From a virus (lineage: Duplodnaviria; Caudoviricetes), in IMG/VR virus record IMGVR_UViG_3300025810_000007, positions 1 to 57,845 of that record: a stretch of DNA of 57,845 nucleotides; one strand, written 5' to 3'. A model generated the notes under the pieces. It did not search any database. It had not been told where the DNA came from and saw only the letters and a program-made list of their open reading frames with translations. Both the position numbers and the translations under genes were made by a program. Shown in pieces: positions 23,778 through 33,188 of the stretch. The stretch's first letter is position 1; each line of letters begins with the position of its first letter.

Positions 23778-23976
23778 CTGTCCAATCTTTTACAAATACA
23801 TTCATATCTTCTTGTCTAGTTATGTGTGGTAAGTAAGTTATCTTTCCGTTTATATGCTGTTCAAGATCAGCACCACAATTCATACATCTATACATTTCTT
23901 TTGTAAGTCCAACTAACATTGTGAACTCATCACACGTTGGACATTTGCCATTTACGATTTCCGCTGTAATTTTCAT
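23758..23976 (-). CDS. Zinc-ribbon protein
   Basis: CPTC and CMNCG; TAATG coupled. Confidence 0.7.
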   Translation of the reverse strand: MKITAEIVNGKCPTCDEFTMLVGLTKEMYRCMNCGADLEQHINGKITYLPHITRQEDMNVFVKDWTDGQENL

Positions 23977-24194
23977 TAATCTAATATTAACTTCTTTATA
24001 GATAAAGATCCATCAATATTTTGCTCTAACTCTGCCATAGATTTTATGCACTGGTACTTGACATGTCCATCAGGTTTTAACTGACGTTTAGCTACACGTG
24101 CCCCCTTGAGACATTCAGACATCGAAGTTTGGATACGTGCCTCCTTGATCTCTCCTTGTACAATCATAAGTAGGGCTACCACTAACTCTGTCAT
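23976..24194 (-). CDS. Hypothetical protein
   Basis: 72 aa, hydrophobic N-terminus, two Cys. Confidence 0.65.
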   Translation of the reverse strand: MTELVVALLMIVQGEIKEARIQTSMSECLKGARVAKRQLKPDGHVKYQCIKSMAELEQNIDGSLSIKKLILD

Positions 24195-24355
24195 AATATT
24201 TTACCTTTGTTAATACCTTGCTTTACAACGTACTTTTGTGTACCATGCTTGCCAGTTTCAACTTCTTTTTTTAAATTCTTAACAAAGTTCATTTGTTTAG
24301 CTTTCTTTTCCATGTCAGAAATATATTGCACAATTTGTCTAGTAATTCTTTCCAT
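24191..24355 (-). CDS. Small hypothetical protein (54 aa, absent from ORF track)
   Basis: Hand translation MERITRQIVQYISDMEKK...GTQKYVVKQGINKGKIL*; ATGA coupling. Confidence 0.6.
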   Translation of the reverse strand: MERITRQIVQYISDMEKKAKQMNFVKNLKKEVETGKHGTQKYVVKQGINKGKIL

Positions 24356-24716
24356 TTTCTCTAACCTTATCTTTTAAGTTTTCAATATCCTCTAATGCTT
24401 TTTCTAATTGTTCTCTTAAAAATTCTATATTAACTTTGTTTGTCATATTCATCTCTTGAGTTTGTTCCATTTTCTCTACGGTCTTATAAAGATCTTCGAT
24501 CAAAAAATGTTGTTCCTGGTCCGTGGGCACTTGTTCACTTTTTTTTAACAAATCATTCTCAAACAACTCACGTGATGTCTCCAACGATACTAATCTCGCC
24601 GTAAGCTCCGTGTATGCGAACACGCCGGCTGCGACGAGCAAAATCAAGCTAGCAACCGTCTTCATCGGCATCTGCACGGCAGCGGATTCAGATATGTTTA
24701 AAGGTTTCTTACTCAT
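24339..24716 (-). CDS. Membrane-anchored coiled-coil protein
   Basis: N-terminal TM segment (VASLILLVAAGVFAY) followed by a coiled coil. Confidence 0.7.
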   Translation of the reverse strand: MSKKPLNISESAAVQMPMKTVASLILLVAAGVFAYTELTARLVSLETSRELFENDLLKKSEQVPTDQEQHFLIEDLYKTVEKMEQTQEMNMTNKVNIEFLREQLEKALEDIENLKDKVRENGKNY

Positions 24717-25287
24717 TTATTTTTGGTTTTGGTAATGGTAATATTATATTCTCATCTGTCAAGTATTTCGGTATTTTTAGCTTCTTTTTACTGGGTTTTA
24801 TGAATTTATCTCCCATTAAAGTGACGTCTGGATTCTCTTTTTTGTAATCATCTTTCATATCATCCCACAAACTTTGTGAATCAGATGGTCTAGTATTATC
24901 TCGTGTAGGAGTGACACCTCTGCATTTAGATACAAGTAAGGCAAAGTTTTCATTAAGAGCTAGACTAGGATTGCTATTTACTCTACCACACATCTTCATC
25001 AATTCTAATTGTTGTTTGATTGCTACGTTTTCTTTTGATGTTTTACAATCTGTACCTAAATATTTTCTGTAAGTAAATCTTATACCTTGTTGTTCATTTG
25101 TACTACTATCACTGTAATCATAATCAGTGTCTCTTCTCTCTGTACTAATTTCAAATTCTCCACATCTTACACCATACTCGTTAAGATATTCATTTCTAGG
25201 ATAAGCAGGCTGCATAAATAAAGCCATAAAACAAAGCATAAGTATGAGTATCGCTGTAAATCTGTAATCCATCTTGGCTATCTCCAT
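24709..25287 (-). CDS. Exported or membrane-anchored hypothetical protein
   Basis: Signal/TM segment, then a domain with four Cys. Confidence 0.7.
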   Translation of the reverse strand: MEIAKMDYRFTAILILMLCFMALFMQPAYPRNEYLNEYGVRCGEFEISTERRDTDYDYSDSSTNEQQGIRFTYRKYLGTDCKTSKENVAIKQQLELMKMCGRVNSNPSLALNENFALLVSKCRGVTPTRDNTRPSDSQSLWDDMKDDYKKENPDVTLMGDKFIKPSKKKLKIPKYLTDENIILPLPKPKINE

Positions 25288-25293
25288 AATTCA

Positions 25294-25593
25294 TTACCTA
25301 TTTAAATCCTTAATATCATAGTCGTGTTCTCTGACTTGATCTGCTAGTTGTCTATATAAATTTTCTGCCATCTGCCACGTAGATTCTGCAGAAGTTAGTC
25401 TTGTGTTTTGATCTACAATTTTATCTTCAACTACTTTTAAATCTCTTTTTAAATCTACAATTTCTTGCTGACTAGTATTAATAGTATCTGTAAGATTAAC
25501 AATATAACGAACGCCAGTAAATGTACCAACTAGCACTGAAGCTACTACCGGCACTAATACAAAATTTTTTTTTAATAAATCTGCTAAATTCAT
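25294..25593 (-). CDS. Membrane-anchored coiled-coil protein
   Basis: TM segment (FVLVPVVASVLVGTF) plus heptad coiled coil. Confidence 0.7.
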   Translation of the reverse strand: MNLADLLKKNFVLVPVVASVLVGTFTGVRYIVNLTDTINTSQQEIVDLKRDLKVVEDKIVDQNTRLTSAESTWQMAENLYRQLADQVREHDYDIKDLNR

Positions 25594-26237
25594 TTTTTCT
25601 TTTCCTCAATTTCATAGAAGAACTTGTCCGTATCTTCTGTACGCCAGGCTCTACTATCTTCTACATTCCATTCAGATGTTTGCACTTTCCAGTCAGGTAT
25701 ATTATCTTTTACAGTAAAAGAAGGTATATCCCATATACATCTATTGTTTGGTTGTGCTGCATAATTACCATCGTCTAATGCAATTATGTGAGCGCACTTA
25801 TGTTCGTGCGGAATCTCTGAATGATCAGTGTCTAGTATATTACTCTCTGGGTGTGCAAAATCAACAGTAAATAAATATTTACCTGGATGCCATTTTTTAT
25901 CTTTACCTATGTATTTGCCAGCTTGTCCGTCTAGAATATCCCAAGAATGCACAGAAGGATAATAAGAGAAACAATTCCAAAGCTGTAGTTCATCAAGTCT
26001 TCTGGTTGGTACGTCTTCGACTTTGAAACCACGTTGAATAAACGCGCTAATTGGGAGGCGATAAAAGATTGCACCGTTTTCCATAATAGCGTGCCATAAG
26101 ATGCTGCGACCTGTAAGAGCGCTAATACCAAAGATAACACAGTCTTCAACTTCTCCATGATGTTTTTGTAAGTCATATAAATACTCCTTTTTTATTTGCG
26201 CATATACTACAGGAATGTTTGCATTTAAGTAAGCCAT
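25590..26237 (-). CDS. Conserved hypothetical protein
   Basis: 215 aa with LQLWNCFSY, HEHKCAH, AAQPNNR motifs; immediately downstream of the polymerase. Confidence 0.75.
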   Translation of the reverse strand: MAYLNANIPVVYAQIKKEYLYDLQKHHGEVEDCVIFGISALTGRSILWHAIMENGAIFYRLPISAFIQRGFKVEDVPTRRLDELQLWNCFSYYPSVHSWDILDGQAGKYIGKDKKWHPGKYLFTVDFAHPESNILDTDHSEIPHEHKCAHIIALDDGNYAAQPNNRCIWDIPSFTVKDNIPDWKVQTSEWNVEDSRAWRTEDTDKFFYEIEEKKK

Positions 26238-26246
26238 AAATTAACC

Positions 26247-28208
26247 TCATTTTATTGTACCCCAATTTGGTCCAGATTCAAAGTCTACTTTGTTCTTAAC
26301 TTCAAGAGGTATTGTTTCTTGCATAATTTTTCTTATCTCTTCTGGTCCTTGGTCCGTGATCGAAATACAAAGCTCATCGTGTATTTGTATGTGAGGCACT
26401 ATACCTTTTTTATGTAAATCTACCATAGCCTTCTTTGTCATATCTGCAGCGGACCCTTGTATCAATCTATTCAAAGCCTTGTAAGTAAATGCAGGTGTGT
26501 AGTATCTATCAAAATAATCCATGTAATTAGGATCTATTTTATTTTCTTTAAACTTCTCTATCATTTCAGCTTTAAATGCTTCTTTTGCTTGTTCCTCTGT
26601 GTACAAAGGCACTTCGTTAAATCTATTTGTTTCAGGATTCCATTCTTTGTTTGTTGTCTCCCACTTATTAAACCTGCAGAATCTGTCGTACAAAGTAAAT
26701 AATAATTTATTCTCTTTTGCAAATTGTATTAATTCTTGTGATAGCTGTCTTACAAAAGGCACACGTCCATGATATTCATTAAATAATGCTTTTGCTTTAG
26801 CTTGATCTAGTCCTAATTCTTTCTGTAATTTTATCTTACCCATACCATAGAAAAGACCTAGGTTAATTGTTTTTGCCTGTTTCCTGGAGATATTAGCCAT
26901 GTCAGCGACTATCTGATGGAAATCCGCATCGTCCTTGTCAAATTCTTCTTGGAGCGTCTCCGTGCCTGGTAGGCCTAGTTTAATTGCATAGTGCACTACA
27001 ATACGTGGCTCCTGTTGTGAGTAGTCAAAGCTACCCCATTTACAGCCCTCTTCAGGTATAAATAGTTCTCTCATCTTTTTGCCGATATACCCTTTAGATG
27101 GTATCTGTTGTAAGTTTGGATTAGACATACTAAATCGACCAGTTACAGTTCCTCCTGCATCTGATCTAATCTGATTTATATCTGCGTGTATTCTTTCTTC
27201 ATGCACATAATCTAACAAACCATTTACGAAAGTATTAACTGCCTTGTCATACTCTCTTGCTTTTGCAATCATACGTAAACATTTATTGTTATGTGTTTTT
27301 AAATAATCTTTTGGTAGTTGTGGCATCTTTGATTTTGGTGTGACCTTGTAATCTTTGATACAAAGATGATCTAATAATTTTTTAATTGATGCTGCAGCCC
27401 AGATGTCAACTTTTATTGTTGTAATACTTTCTATTGCATTTACAATTTGATCTCTACGTTTTTTAAGATGTCTGCCAAACGTAATAGCTTTTGCGACATC
27501 TATTCTAACGCCTTTGAATTTCATGTCAACTAAACATAAAAATAATTCTGTTTCTAATTCAAATATTTGTCTACAAGTTTTTTGTTCTCCATCTTCTTTG
27601 ATGTATAATACTTCGTCTATTTTTTTATTAAATAGATTCCATAATTTATAAGTTAAGTTTACATCTTGTTTTGCATATTCTTTTACAATTGATGCAGGTA
27701 GTTTATGCATGTTAGTCATTGGGTCCTTAACTGTACCACCAGACCATTCTAATGTTTTTTGTTGTAAATCGTATTTGTATTTTTCTTCGTTGAGATAATC
27801 TTTTGATAATGCATCGAGTGAATATTTAAATCTGTTCTCATCAATAACAGATGCAGCTATCATAGTATCGACTATTCTACCTTTCATCATCTTACCAGTT
27901 ACAGCTCTAATCCAACAAACATCATACATTGCATTGTGAAATACTTTTGTGATGTTTTCGTTTTGAAATATTTTATCATTTAATACTTCCCATATCTTGT
28001 CTATTCTTTCAGGATCTATGTCAGTATCTGAATGACGTAAAGGAAAGTATGATGTATCTTTACCTGTTGCAACAGCTATACCACAAATGAAACCATCGTT
28101 TCTTATAGCACCTAAACCTTTTGTTTTAAGATTTGGATCGTATGTTTCTATATCAACTGCAACTGTATCTACACCGTTTAGGTCTAGATCTTCTGGTGTA
28201 TTACACAT
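26247..28208 (-). CDS. polA: Family A DNA polymerase with 3'-5' exonuclease
   Basis: Exo I DIET, Exo II HNAMYD, Exo III YAKQD; TGRFS, motif A DYSQQEPR, motif B RKQAKTINLGLFYG, motif C QIHDEL. Confidence 0.96.
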   Translation of the reverse strand: MCNTPEDLDLNGVDTVAVDIETYDPNLKTKGLGAIRNDGFICGIAVATGKDTSYFPLRHSDTDIDPERIDKIWEVLNDKIFQNENITKVFHNAMYDVCWIRAVTGKMMKGRIVDTMIAASVIDENRFKYSLDALSKDYLNEEKYKYDLQQKTLEWSGGTVKDPMTNMHKLPASIVKEYAKQDVNLTYKLWNLFNKKIDEVLYIKEDGEQKTCRQIFELETELFLCLVDMKFKGVRIDVAKAITFGRHLKKRRDQIVNAIESITTIKVDIWAAASIKKLLDHLCIKDYKVTPKSKMPQLPKDYLKTHNNKCLRMIAKAREYDKAVNTFVNGLLDYVHEERIHADINQIRSDAGGTVTGRFSMSNPNLQQIPSKGYIGKKMRELFIPEEGCKWGSFDYSQQEPRIVVHYAIKLGLPGTETLQEEFDKDDADFHQIVADMANISRKQAKTINLGLFYGMGKIKLQKELGLDQAKAKALFNEYHGRVPFVRQLSQELIQFAKENKLLFTLYDRFCRFNKWETTNKEWNPETNRFNEVPLYTEEQAKEAFKAEMIEKFKENKIDPNYMDYFDRYYTPAFTYKALNRLIQGSAADMTKKAMVDLHKKGIVPHIQIHDELCISITDQGPEEIRKIMQETIPLEVKNKVDFESGPNWGTIK

Positions 28209-28443
28209 TATAATCTCTCTCCAATATCATTTCTAAATAGTGTATTGCCTTCTTTATATCTTGCTCTTTCCCTTTCGACTGATGTCGACAGATATACTTT
28301 ATAGCATTACCCTCTGCAAAAAGCAATTTGTTCTCATTAATAAACTCTGCTGGTTGAATCTTCATCGATCGATAGTGCTTCCCACCTACCTGCTCTTCTA
28401 ATGAAGAGTATGTTGTTCCTTTAAATATATCTTTGTGTGTCAT
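28201..28443 (-). CDS. DUF3310 (SaV-like) protein
   Basis: QVGGKHY...IQP...GNAIKYICR...KG...DIKKAIHYLE. Confidence 0.85.
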   Translation of the reverse strand: MTHKDIFKGTTYSSLEEQVGGKHYRSMKIQPAEFINENKLLFAEGNAIKYICRHQSKGKEQDIKKAIHYLEMILERDYNV

Positions 28444-29987
28444 CTTACTCCTAGTTTATATTTGTCTTGTGATGCTATTGTCCAACAGTCAAATCTGCCA
28501 CGACTATACGCTACGTATTTTAATCTCAACTGACTAAAATAATCTTCTGGTCTAAATCTTGTGTCGTCTACTATGACATTATCAAAAGTTAAACCTTTTA
28601 CGGTGTGAATGTTTGCATACTTAACTCTAACTTCACCGTTAAGATCACAACCATTTCGTAAAATTTTATTAATATATAATATTCTGTCTTCTTCTGTTTT
28701 AGTTCTTATTAATGCAAAGTCTTTTTGAAATTTTGAATTTTCTTTTAAATACTTATGATATATTAAATAATCTATATTGTATTCTCTATCTACCCATTCT
28801 TCAAAAGTTTCATCTCCTCTTCCATGCACTATAACTTTACTACCCATATAACTCCAAAAATCTTTTATTTGTTTTAATGGCATTGCTTTACCGCTTGCAA
28901 ACTCTGGCCATAATTTATGACATCTTAATTCTTTCTTTGGTACGTGAGCCGTGTTCCCTACATGTGCAAACTCTATGCCGTGTTTCTTAAAAAACTTTTT
29001 AACCCATGCATCAGATGGCTTTTGACGATAAGTAAATAAAAAAGTCTCTTTAGTATTTTTTATTTTATCTAATAAAATTTCTAAAGCGCTACAATTTTTT
29101 TGTAGATTTGGGAGATAATAATGATTTCCTGTTATATCAGTAGCTTTCCATACTCTATAAGTTCCATAATGATGCCATATTGGAGCTATAATTTTTTTAC
29201 ATAAATTGTTTATAGTTTTACTACATCTATGTCCTTGTTCTAATTCCTTTGCACCTTGTGATAATTTATAAAATTCATGTGCATCTGCACCCGCCCATTC
29301 AAATATAGTTTGATCAGGGTCTCCCACAAACCAGTATTCTTGTGCATTAGTTGCAATTTTATCTAATGCTATTTTTTGTGTTTTATTACTGTCTTGTGCC
29401 TCATCTACTATCAAAGCATCTATGTTTGGTTCGACTGCTTTGTCTATAAATCTTTTAATCATATCGTGAAAATCTAATTTACCATTGTCTTTGTTATATT
29501 TTTCTACGATTGGTAACATTGTTTCTATATCAGTTATAGAATAGCCATGGTATTTTTTGTCAGATATTTTCCAATGTTCTTTTAAAGATCTGTTAAATCC
29601 GTATGCTTCTCTAACAAATTTAAAATACCCATGTTCTCTGTTATCAAATTGAGATTGTATTACTTTGTGTCTTTGAAATATAGAATCTATTCTGCATAAA
29701 TTTTTATAATCATCATAGTCTAAAACTTGTTCTCCGATAGTTGCTTTGTTTTTACAATAGTGATGTATTGTACAAATGTTATGTTCTAATGCTTTTTTAG
29801 TAATGCCTTGCATTTCTGGTAGTTTTAATATCTCATCTTTAATTTCATCTGCTGCAACATTAGTGTGAGATAGAATTATAATTTTTTTGTAATCAAATTT
29901 TTTTAACAACTCTGTATATTTACTTGTAATAAATGTAGAAGTCTTACCTGTACCTGGAGGACCCACCATAAACTGAAGCTTACTCAT
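28440..29987 (-). CDS. UvrD/Rep-like SF1 helicase
   Basis: GPPGTGKT, IVDEAQD, VGDPDQTIF, IHTVKGLTFD, YVAYSR; start placed at 29987 by AAGGAG RBS. Confidence 0.9.
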   Translation of the reverse strand: MSKLQFMVGPPGTGKTSTFITSKYTELLKKFDYKKIIILSHTNVAADEIKDEILKLPEMQGITKKALEHNICTIHHYCKNKATIGEQVLDYDDYKNLCRIDSIFQRHKVIQSQFDNREHGYFKFVREAYGFNRSLKEHWKISDKKYHGYSITDIETMLPIVEKYNKDNGKLDFHDMIKRFIDKAVEPNIDALIVDEAQDSNKTQKIALDKIATNAQEYWFVGDPDQTIFEWAGADAHEFYKLSQGAKELEQGHRCSKTINNLCKKIIAPIWHHYGTYRVWKATDITGNHYYLPNLQKNCSALEILLDKIKNTKETFLFTYRQKPSDAWVKKFFKKHGIEFAHVGNTAHVPKKELRCHKLWPEFASGKAMPLKQIKDFWSYMGSKVIVHGRGDETFEEWVDREYNIDYLIYHKYLKENSKFQKDFALIRTKTEEDRILYINKILRNGCDLNGEVRVKYANIHTVKGLTFDNVIVDDTRFRPEDYFSQLRLKYVAYSRGRFDCWTIASQDKYKLGVR

Positions 29988-31416
29988 TAGTAATCTCCTT
30001 GTATTCTCCTTCAACAATTAAATCTTCAACATCTACTGCTTGATTTATCATACGCCATGATACACAAGACTTACCATTAAACTTACCGTGATTCTTTTTT
30101 GCTTTAAGTATGTTTTGACATTTTATAACTAAATCTACTCTTGGTAAATTTACTTTCTGTCTATGTAAATAATCTTCAAACTTATCTAAACTAAATTCTA
30201 ATATATTTTTACCCATGTTAAAATAAGGTAAACCAAAGTTTGCTAGTTCTTTTTTATTTGTATATGCTTTTTCTTCTGAAATATAATTTTTAAAATGTTT
30301 TTTAAATCTTAAATCTTCTTCTGCATCTTCAACATAATCTTTTGACTTCTCTCGTGCTTCATACTTTCTACGCATAATCTCTTCAAAGTCTGCAGCTTTC
30401 ATCTCTGGAATCCAAACAGATGCTTTACTAATTACAGCATCATAAAATAATTTTTTATTACGAAGTGTAGGACCGTCAACTGTAATAGTTTTTTCAACGG
30501 CCTCCCCCTGTACTACAGCATTTATTTTTACAAAATATCTATCACTGCCATATTCTATTATTTGTCCGATAGATTGTTTTGCTTCTTCACTTGTAGCTTC
30601 TTGTACACCAATCCAACTAAACAATGTTGCTATTGTTTTTGTAGAGCACCCAATGATCTCTGCAAGTTTTGGCATACCAAATTTTCTGTTTGCTTTTTTG
30701 TGTGTTGTTCCTTTTTTCTTTCTTTTTTCTGCCTCTTCATCTTTTGCTGCAACAGCAATTTTATAAATATAGTCATCAATTTCTTCTGTGTTCCACTCTG
30801 TATGTTTTAACAATACTCCTGCCATAGCAGTGCAATAATCATCTCTTTGTCCTGATCCTGCGTATGTAATACACAAGGCTGCAGCTAAAGCAATCTTACC
30901 AAGATCAACTTTAATATTACCTGGGTATTCGTCAATACCATCGTATTTAACCCACTTAACAACTTCATTTGTTGTATGATATTTTGTTTCTGGAACTAAT
31001 GTGTATTTATTTGCGCCATGTCTTATCTCACACAAAGTTGCACCATGACCATAATCTTTGTAATAATTTTCTAATTCTTTTGGTAGTGCAAATTTTTTAT
31101 AGTCTGATGTACCAGACCAAAGATAATGACTTGATGGATTATTTCTTCTACCAAATATTGCACCACATGATTTTATGTGATCGCTTGTAAATCTTTTAAC
31201 AACAGGATTGTCAATATCAAAATCTATATATTGATCTAACCGAAGTCCTATTTGTTTTGTTGTGTGTTCTATTCTCCATTCTTCTTTCGTAATCTTAAAA
31301 TCAGGGTCGGACCATTTTTCAACCACCGCCTGCTTTGTATCGCAGGGTATGATCACCCGTCCCAGATCTATCCAATCTTCGTACGTAACCGGAGCTTTAT
31401 TTATCTTATCATTCAT
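29980..31416 (-). CDS. Primase-polymerase (bifunctional Prim-Pol/AEP) domain protein
   Basis: IIPC..K, IGL, IDFDID, SHYLW, EIR...YTLVP; position in the replication operon. Confidence 0.7.
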   Translation of the reverse strand: MNDKINKAPVTYEDWIDLGRVIIPCDTKQAVVEKWSDPDFKITKEEWRIEHTTKQIGLRLDQYIDFDIDNPVVKRFTSDHIKSCGAIFGRRNNPSSHYLWSGTSDYKKFALPKELENYYKDYGHGATLCEIRHGANKYTLVPETKYHTTNEVVKWVKYDGIDEYPGNIKVDLGKIALAAALCITYAGSGQRDDYCTAMAGVLLKHTEWNTEEIDDYIYKIAVAAKDEEAEKRKKKGTTHKKANRKFGMPKLAEIIGCSTKTIATLFSWIGVQEATSEEAKQSIGQIIEYGSDRYFVKINAVVQGEAVEKTITVDGPTLRNKKLFYDAVISKASVWIPEMKAADFEEIMRRKYEAREKSKDYVEDAEEDLRFKKHFKNYISEEKAYTNKKELANFGLPYFNMGKNILEFSLDKFEDYLHRQKVNLPRVDLVIKCQNILKAKKNHGKFNGKSCVSWRMINQAVDVEDLIVEGEYKEITNE

Positions 31417-31424
31417 AAATTAAA

Positions 31425-31458
31425 AGTGGGCGTATCCACTCTCGCTTCGACGCCCACT
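31425..31458 (-). terminator. Intrinsic terminator or attenuator upstream of the primase gene
   Basis: AGTGGGCGT/ACGCCCACT 9-bp stem followed by TTTAATTT and then the ATG. Confidence 0.65.
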
Positions 31459-31468
31459 ACCTAGGATC

Positions 31469-32221
31469 TTATAAATTTAAAGATTTTTTAGTTTGTTCTT
31501 GAGTTTCAGGTTTTGCTTCTATCTCACCCTTACCTACAGAATCTGCAAAAGATTTTGCCATATCATAGATAGCTTTATCTGTGACTGGTCCAACCTTCGA
31601 TACATCCCAACCAAACCATGTTCCTTTGTCATTAGACATCTGAACAGTTGATAGTTTATAAATGTGGCTGTAAGTTGGCGGAGTAAACAAACCATTTTTA
31701 CCCTGCATCTTTAAACCCATCATCATTGAATTCCATTTTCTACTAACTTTTAATTGAGTAGACTTCATAGATATCAACGCTGTCTCCGGGTTATCACCAA
31801 CTACAAGTACAAAATGACTAGCGGTATTATCTAGATAATTACCATTTGGTAATCTGTCCTTATAATCTTTACCTCTAGTTGTTTGGCTAATGATATCACT
31901 ATCTGCATCGTGTATCGCAACAGGAGCACCAGTGCTGGTACCTCTATCTTGCCATTCAATGTACTGTCTCTTGTAGTGACATGGTACAACATTAATAGAA
32001 TCGTACAATGCGTTAGTGACAGTGTTTATGATTTTGCCTGGCTCTGCGCCCTCGACATACTTACCATCTCTTTTGTTTACCTCTGGAGATAGTTGTCCCA
32101 AAATTTTTAAGAATGGTAACGCAAGATCTTCTTGCGAAATATTCTGGGCTCCTTGTTGTGCATCTGCTTCCATATCAAATGTAGCTAATGCACCATTCTT
32201 TTTTTCTGTTACTTGGTTCAT
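31469..32221 (-). CDS. Putative single-stranded DNA-binding protein
   Basis: LALPFLKILGQLSP...ISMKSTQLKVSRKWN...NDKGTWFGW; replication operon position. Confidence 0.55.
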   Translation of the reverse strand: MNQVTEKKNGALATFDMEADAQQGAQNISQEDLALPFLKILGQLSPEVNKRDGKYVEGAEPGKIINTVTNALYDSINVVPCHYKRQYIEWQDRGTSTGAPVAIHDADSDIISQTTRGKDYKDRLPNGNYLDNTASHFVLVVGDNPETALISMKSTQLKVSRKWNSMMMGLKMQGKNGLFTPPTYSHIYKLSTVQMSNDKGTWFGWDVSKVGPVTDKAIYDMAKSFADSVGKGEIEAKPETQEQTKKSLNL

Positions 32222-32223
32222 GT

Positions 32224-32775
32224 TTATTTGTTCCTTTTTATTGTTGTCTTATTCTCCGAGAATACCCCGAAGATTTCCGTTGGCATTTCTTTACCTGCCT
32301 CAATACGCTCACGGACTAGCGCTTTCAAAGTCATGGGTTCTACCTTCATCTTTTGTGTCGGTTGGAACCCTTGACCTTTTGCAAGATCGGCATAATCAGC
32401 CGCCTTGTTATCTTCGTTGCGACCAAAGGATACGGATATCTCGTTTTTGATTATATCCCCTAGTCCATTGTTACGAAGCCAGTTAAACGCCGCTTCTTTA
32501 TTTGCTTCTGTAATAGTAGCACGATACGACGTTGAAACTTTTAGATGTGATCCATCATGAAGTTTTAATTCTGCTAAACCCATTTCAGACATCATGGTTG
32601 GTATAACCTCTCCCGAAATATGGTCCCTCTGTTTTTTCATCATCTTCAAATCGTTTTCTAAATCTGCAATACGATCATCACATGTTTCTAATCTTTCAAC
32701 TTGATCTGCAAGTGATTGAACACCTCCAGTATTTTTCATTGCATCTTGTTGGTCTTTTTCAAAATCAATTGTCAT
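32224..32775 (-). CDS. Conserved replication-module protein
   Basis: Coiled coil plus AFNWLRNNGLGDIIK and VEPMTLKALVRE. Confidence 0.7.
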   Translation of the reverse strand: MTIDFEKDQQDAMKNTGGVQSLADQVERLETCDDRIADLENDLKMMKKQRDHISGEVIPTMMSEMGLAELKLHDGSHLKVSTSYRATITEANKEAAFNWLRNNGLGDIIKNEISVSFGRNEDNKAADYADLAKGQGFQPTQKMKVEPMTLKALVRERIEAGKEMPTEIFGVFSENKTTIKRNK

Positions 32776-33133
32776 CTATTTCTCCTTTCTCGTATAGATT
32801 AATTTCAATAGGATAATATTTTCTTTCTTGTTTATCCCACTTCAATACATTGTATTTGCCGTTTGTAATATCAGATACAATAGAACATGCAACACCAATG
32901 ATTGCAGGATCTCCTGTTAATAATAAATAATCTTCTGGTTTATAATTTCTTAAACCTTTTCTTAATTTAAAAATTAATGGACCAGGAGAAAAAATCATTT
33001 GAGAAAACTCTGGTAATAAAAAAATAAAATCATTGGTTGTAGAATAAGCAGCTGCACCCATAATATTTATTTTAGGAGTACCTGCTTGGCTACCTGGTAT
33101 CTCTTGTATTACATAAACTTTTCTTTCTGACAT
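32765..33133 (-). CDS. Conserved replication-module protein
   Basis: VYVIQE...DYLLLTGDP...LKWDKQ...YYP; first gene of the replication operon. Confidence 0.7.
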   Translation of the reverse strand: MSERKVYVIQEIPGSQAGTPKINIMGAAAYSTTNDFIFLLPEFSQMIFSPGPLIFKLRKGLRNYKPEDYLLLTGDPAIIGVACSIVSDITNGKYNVLKWDKQERKYYPIEINLYEKGEIDDN

Positions 33134-33169
33134 TGACAAACAATATAATCATGTTTATATAGATGTCAA
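33133..33169. promoter_or_regulatory. Overlapping divergent sigma70 promoters
   Basis: Plus: TTGACA-17-TATATA. Minus: TTGACA-16-TATATT-8-ATG. Confidence 0.7.
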
Positions 33170-33188
33170 CTAGAAAGAAAAAAAAATT

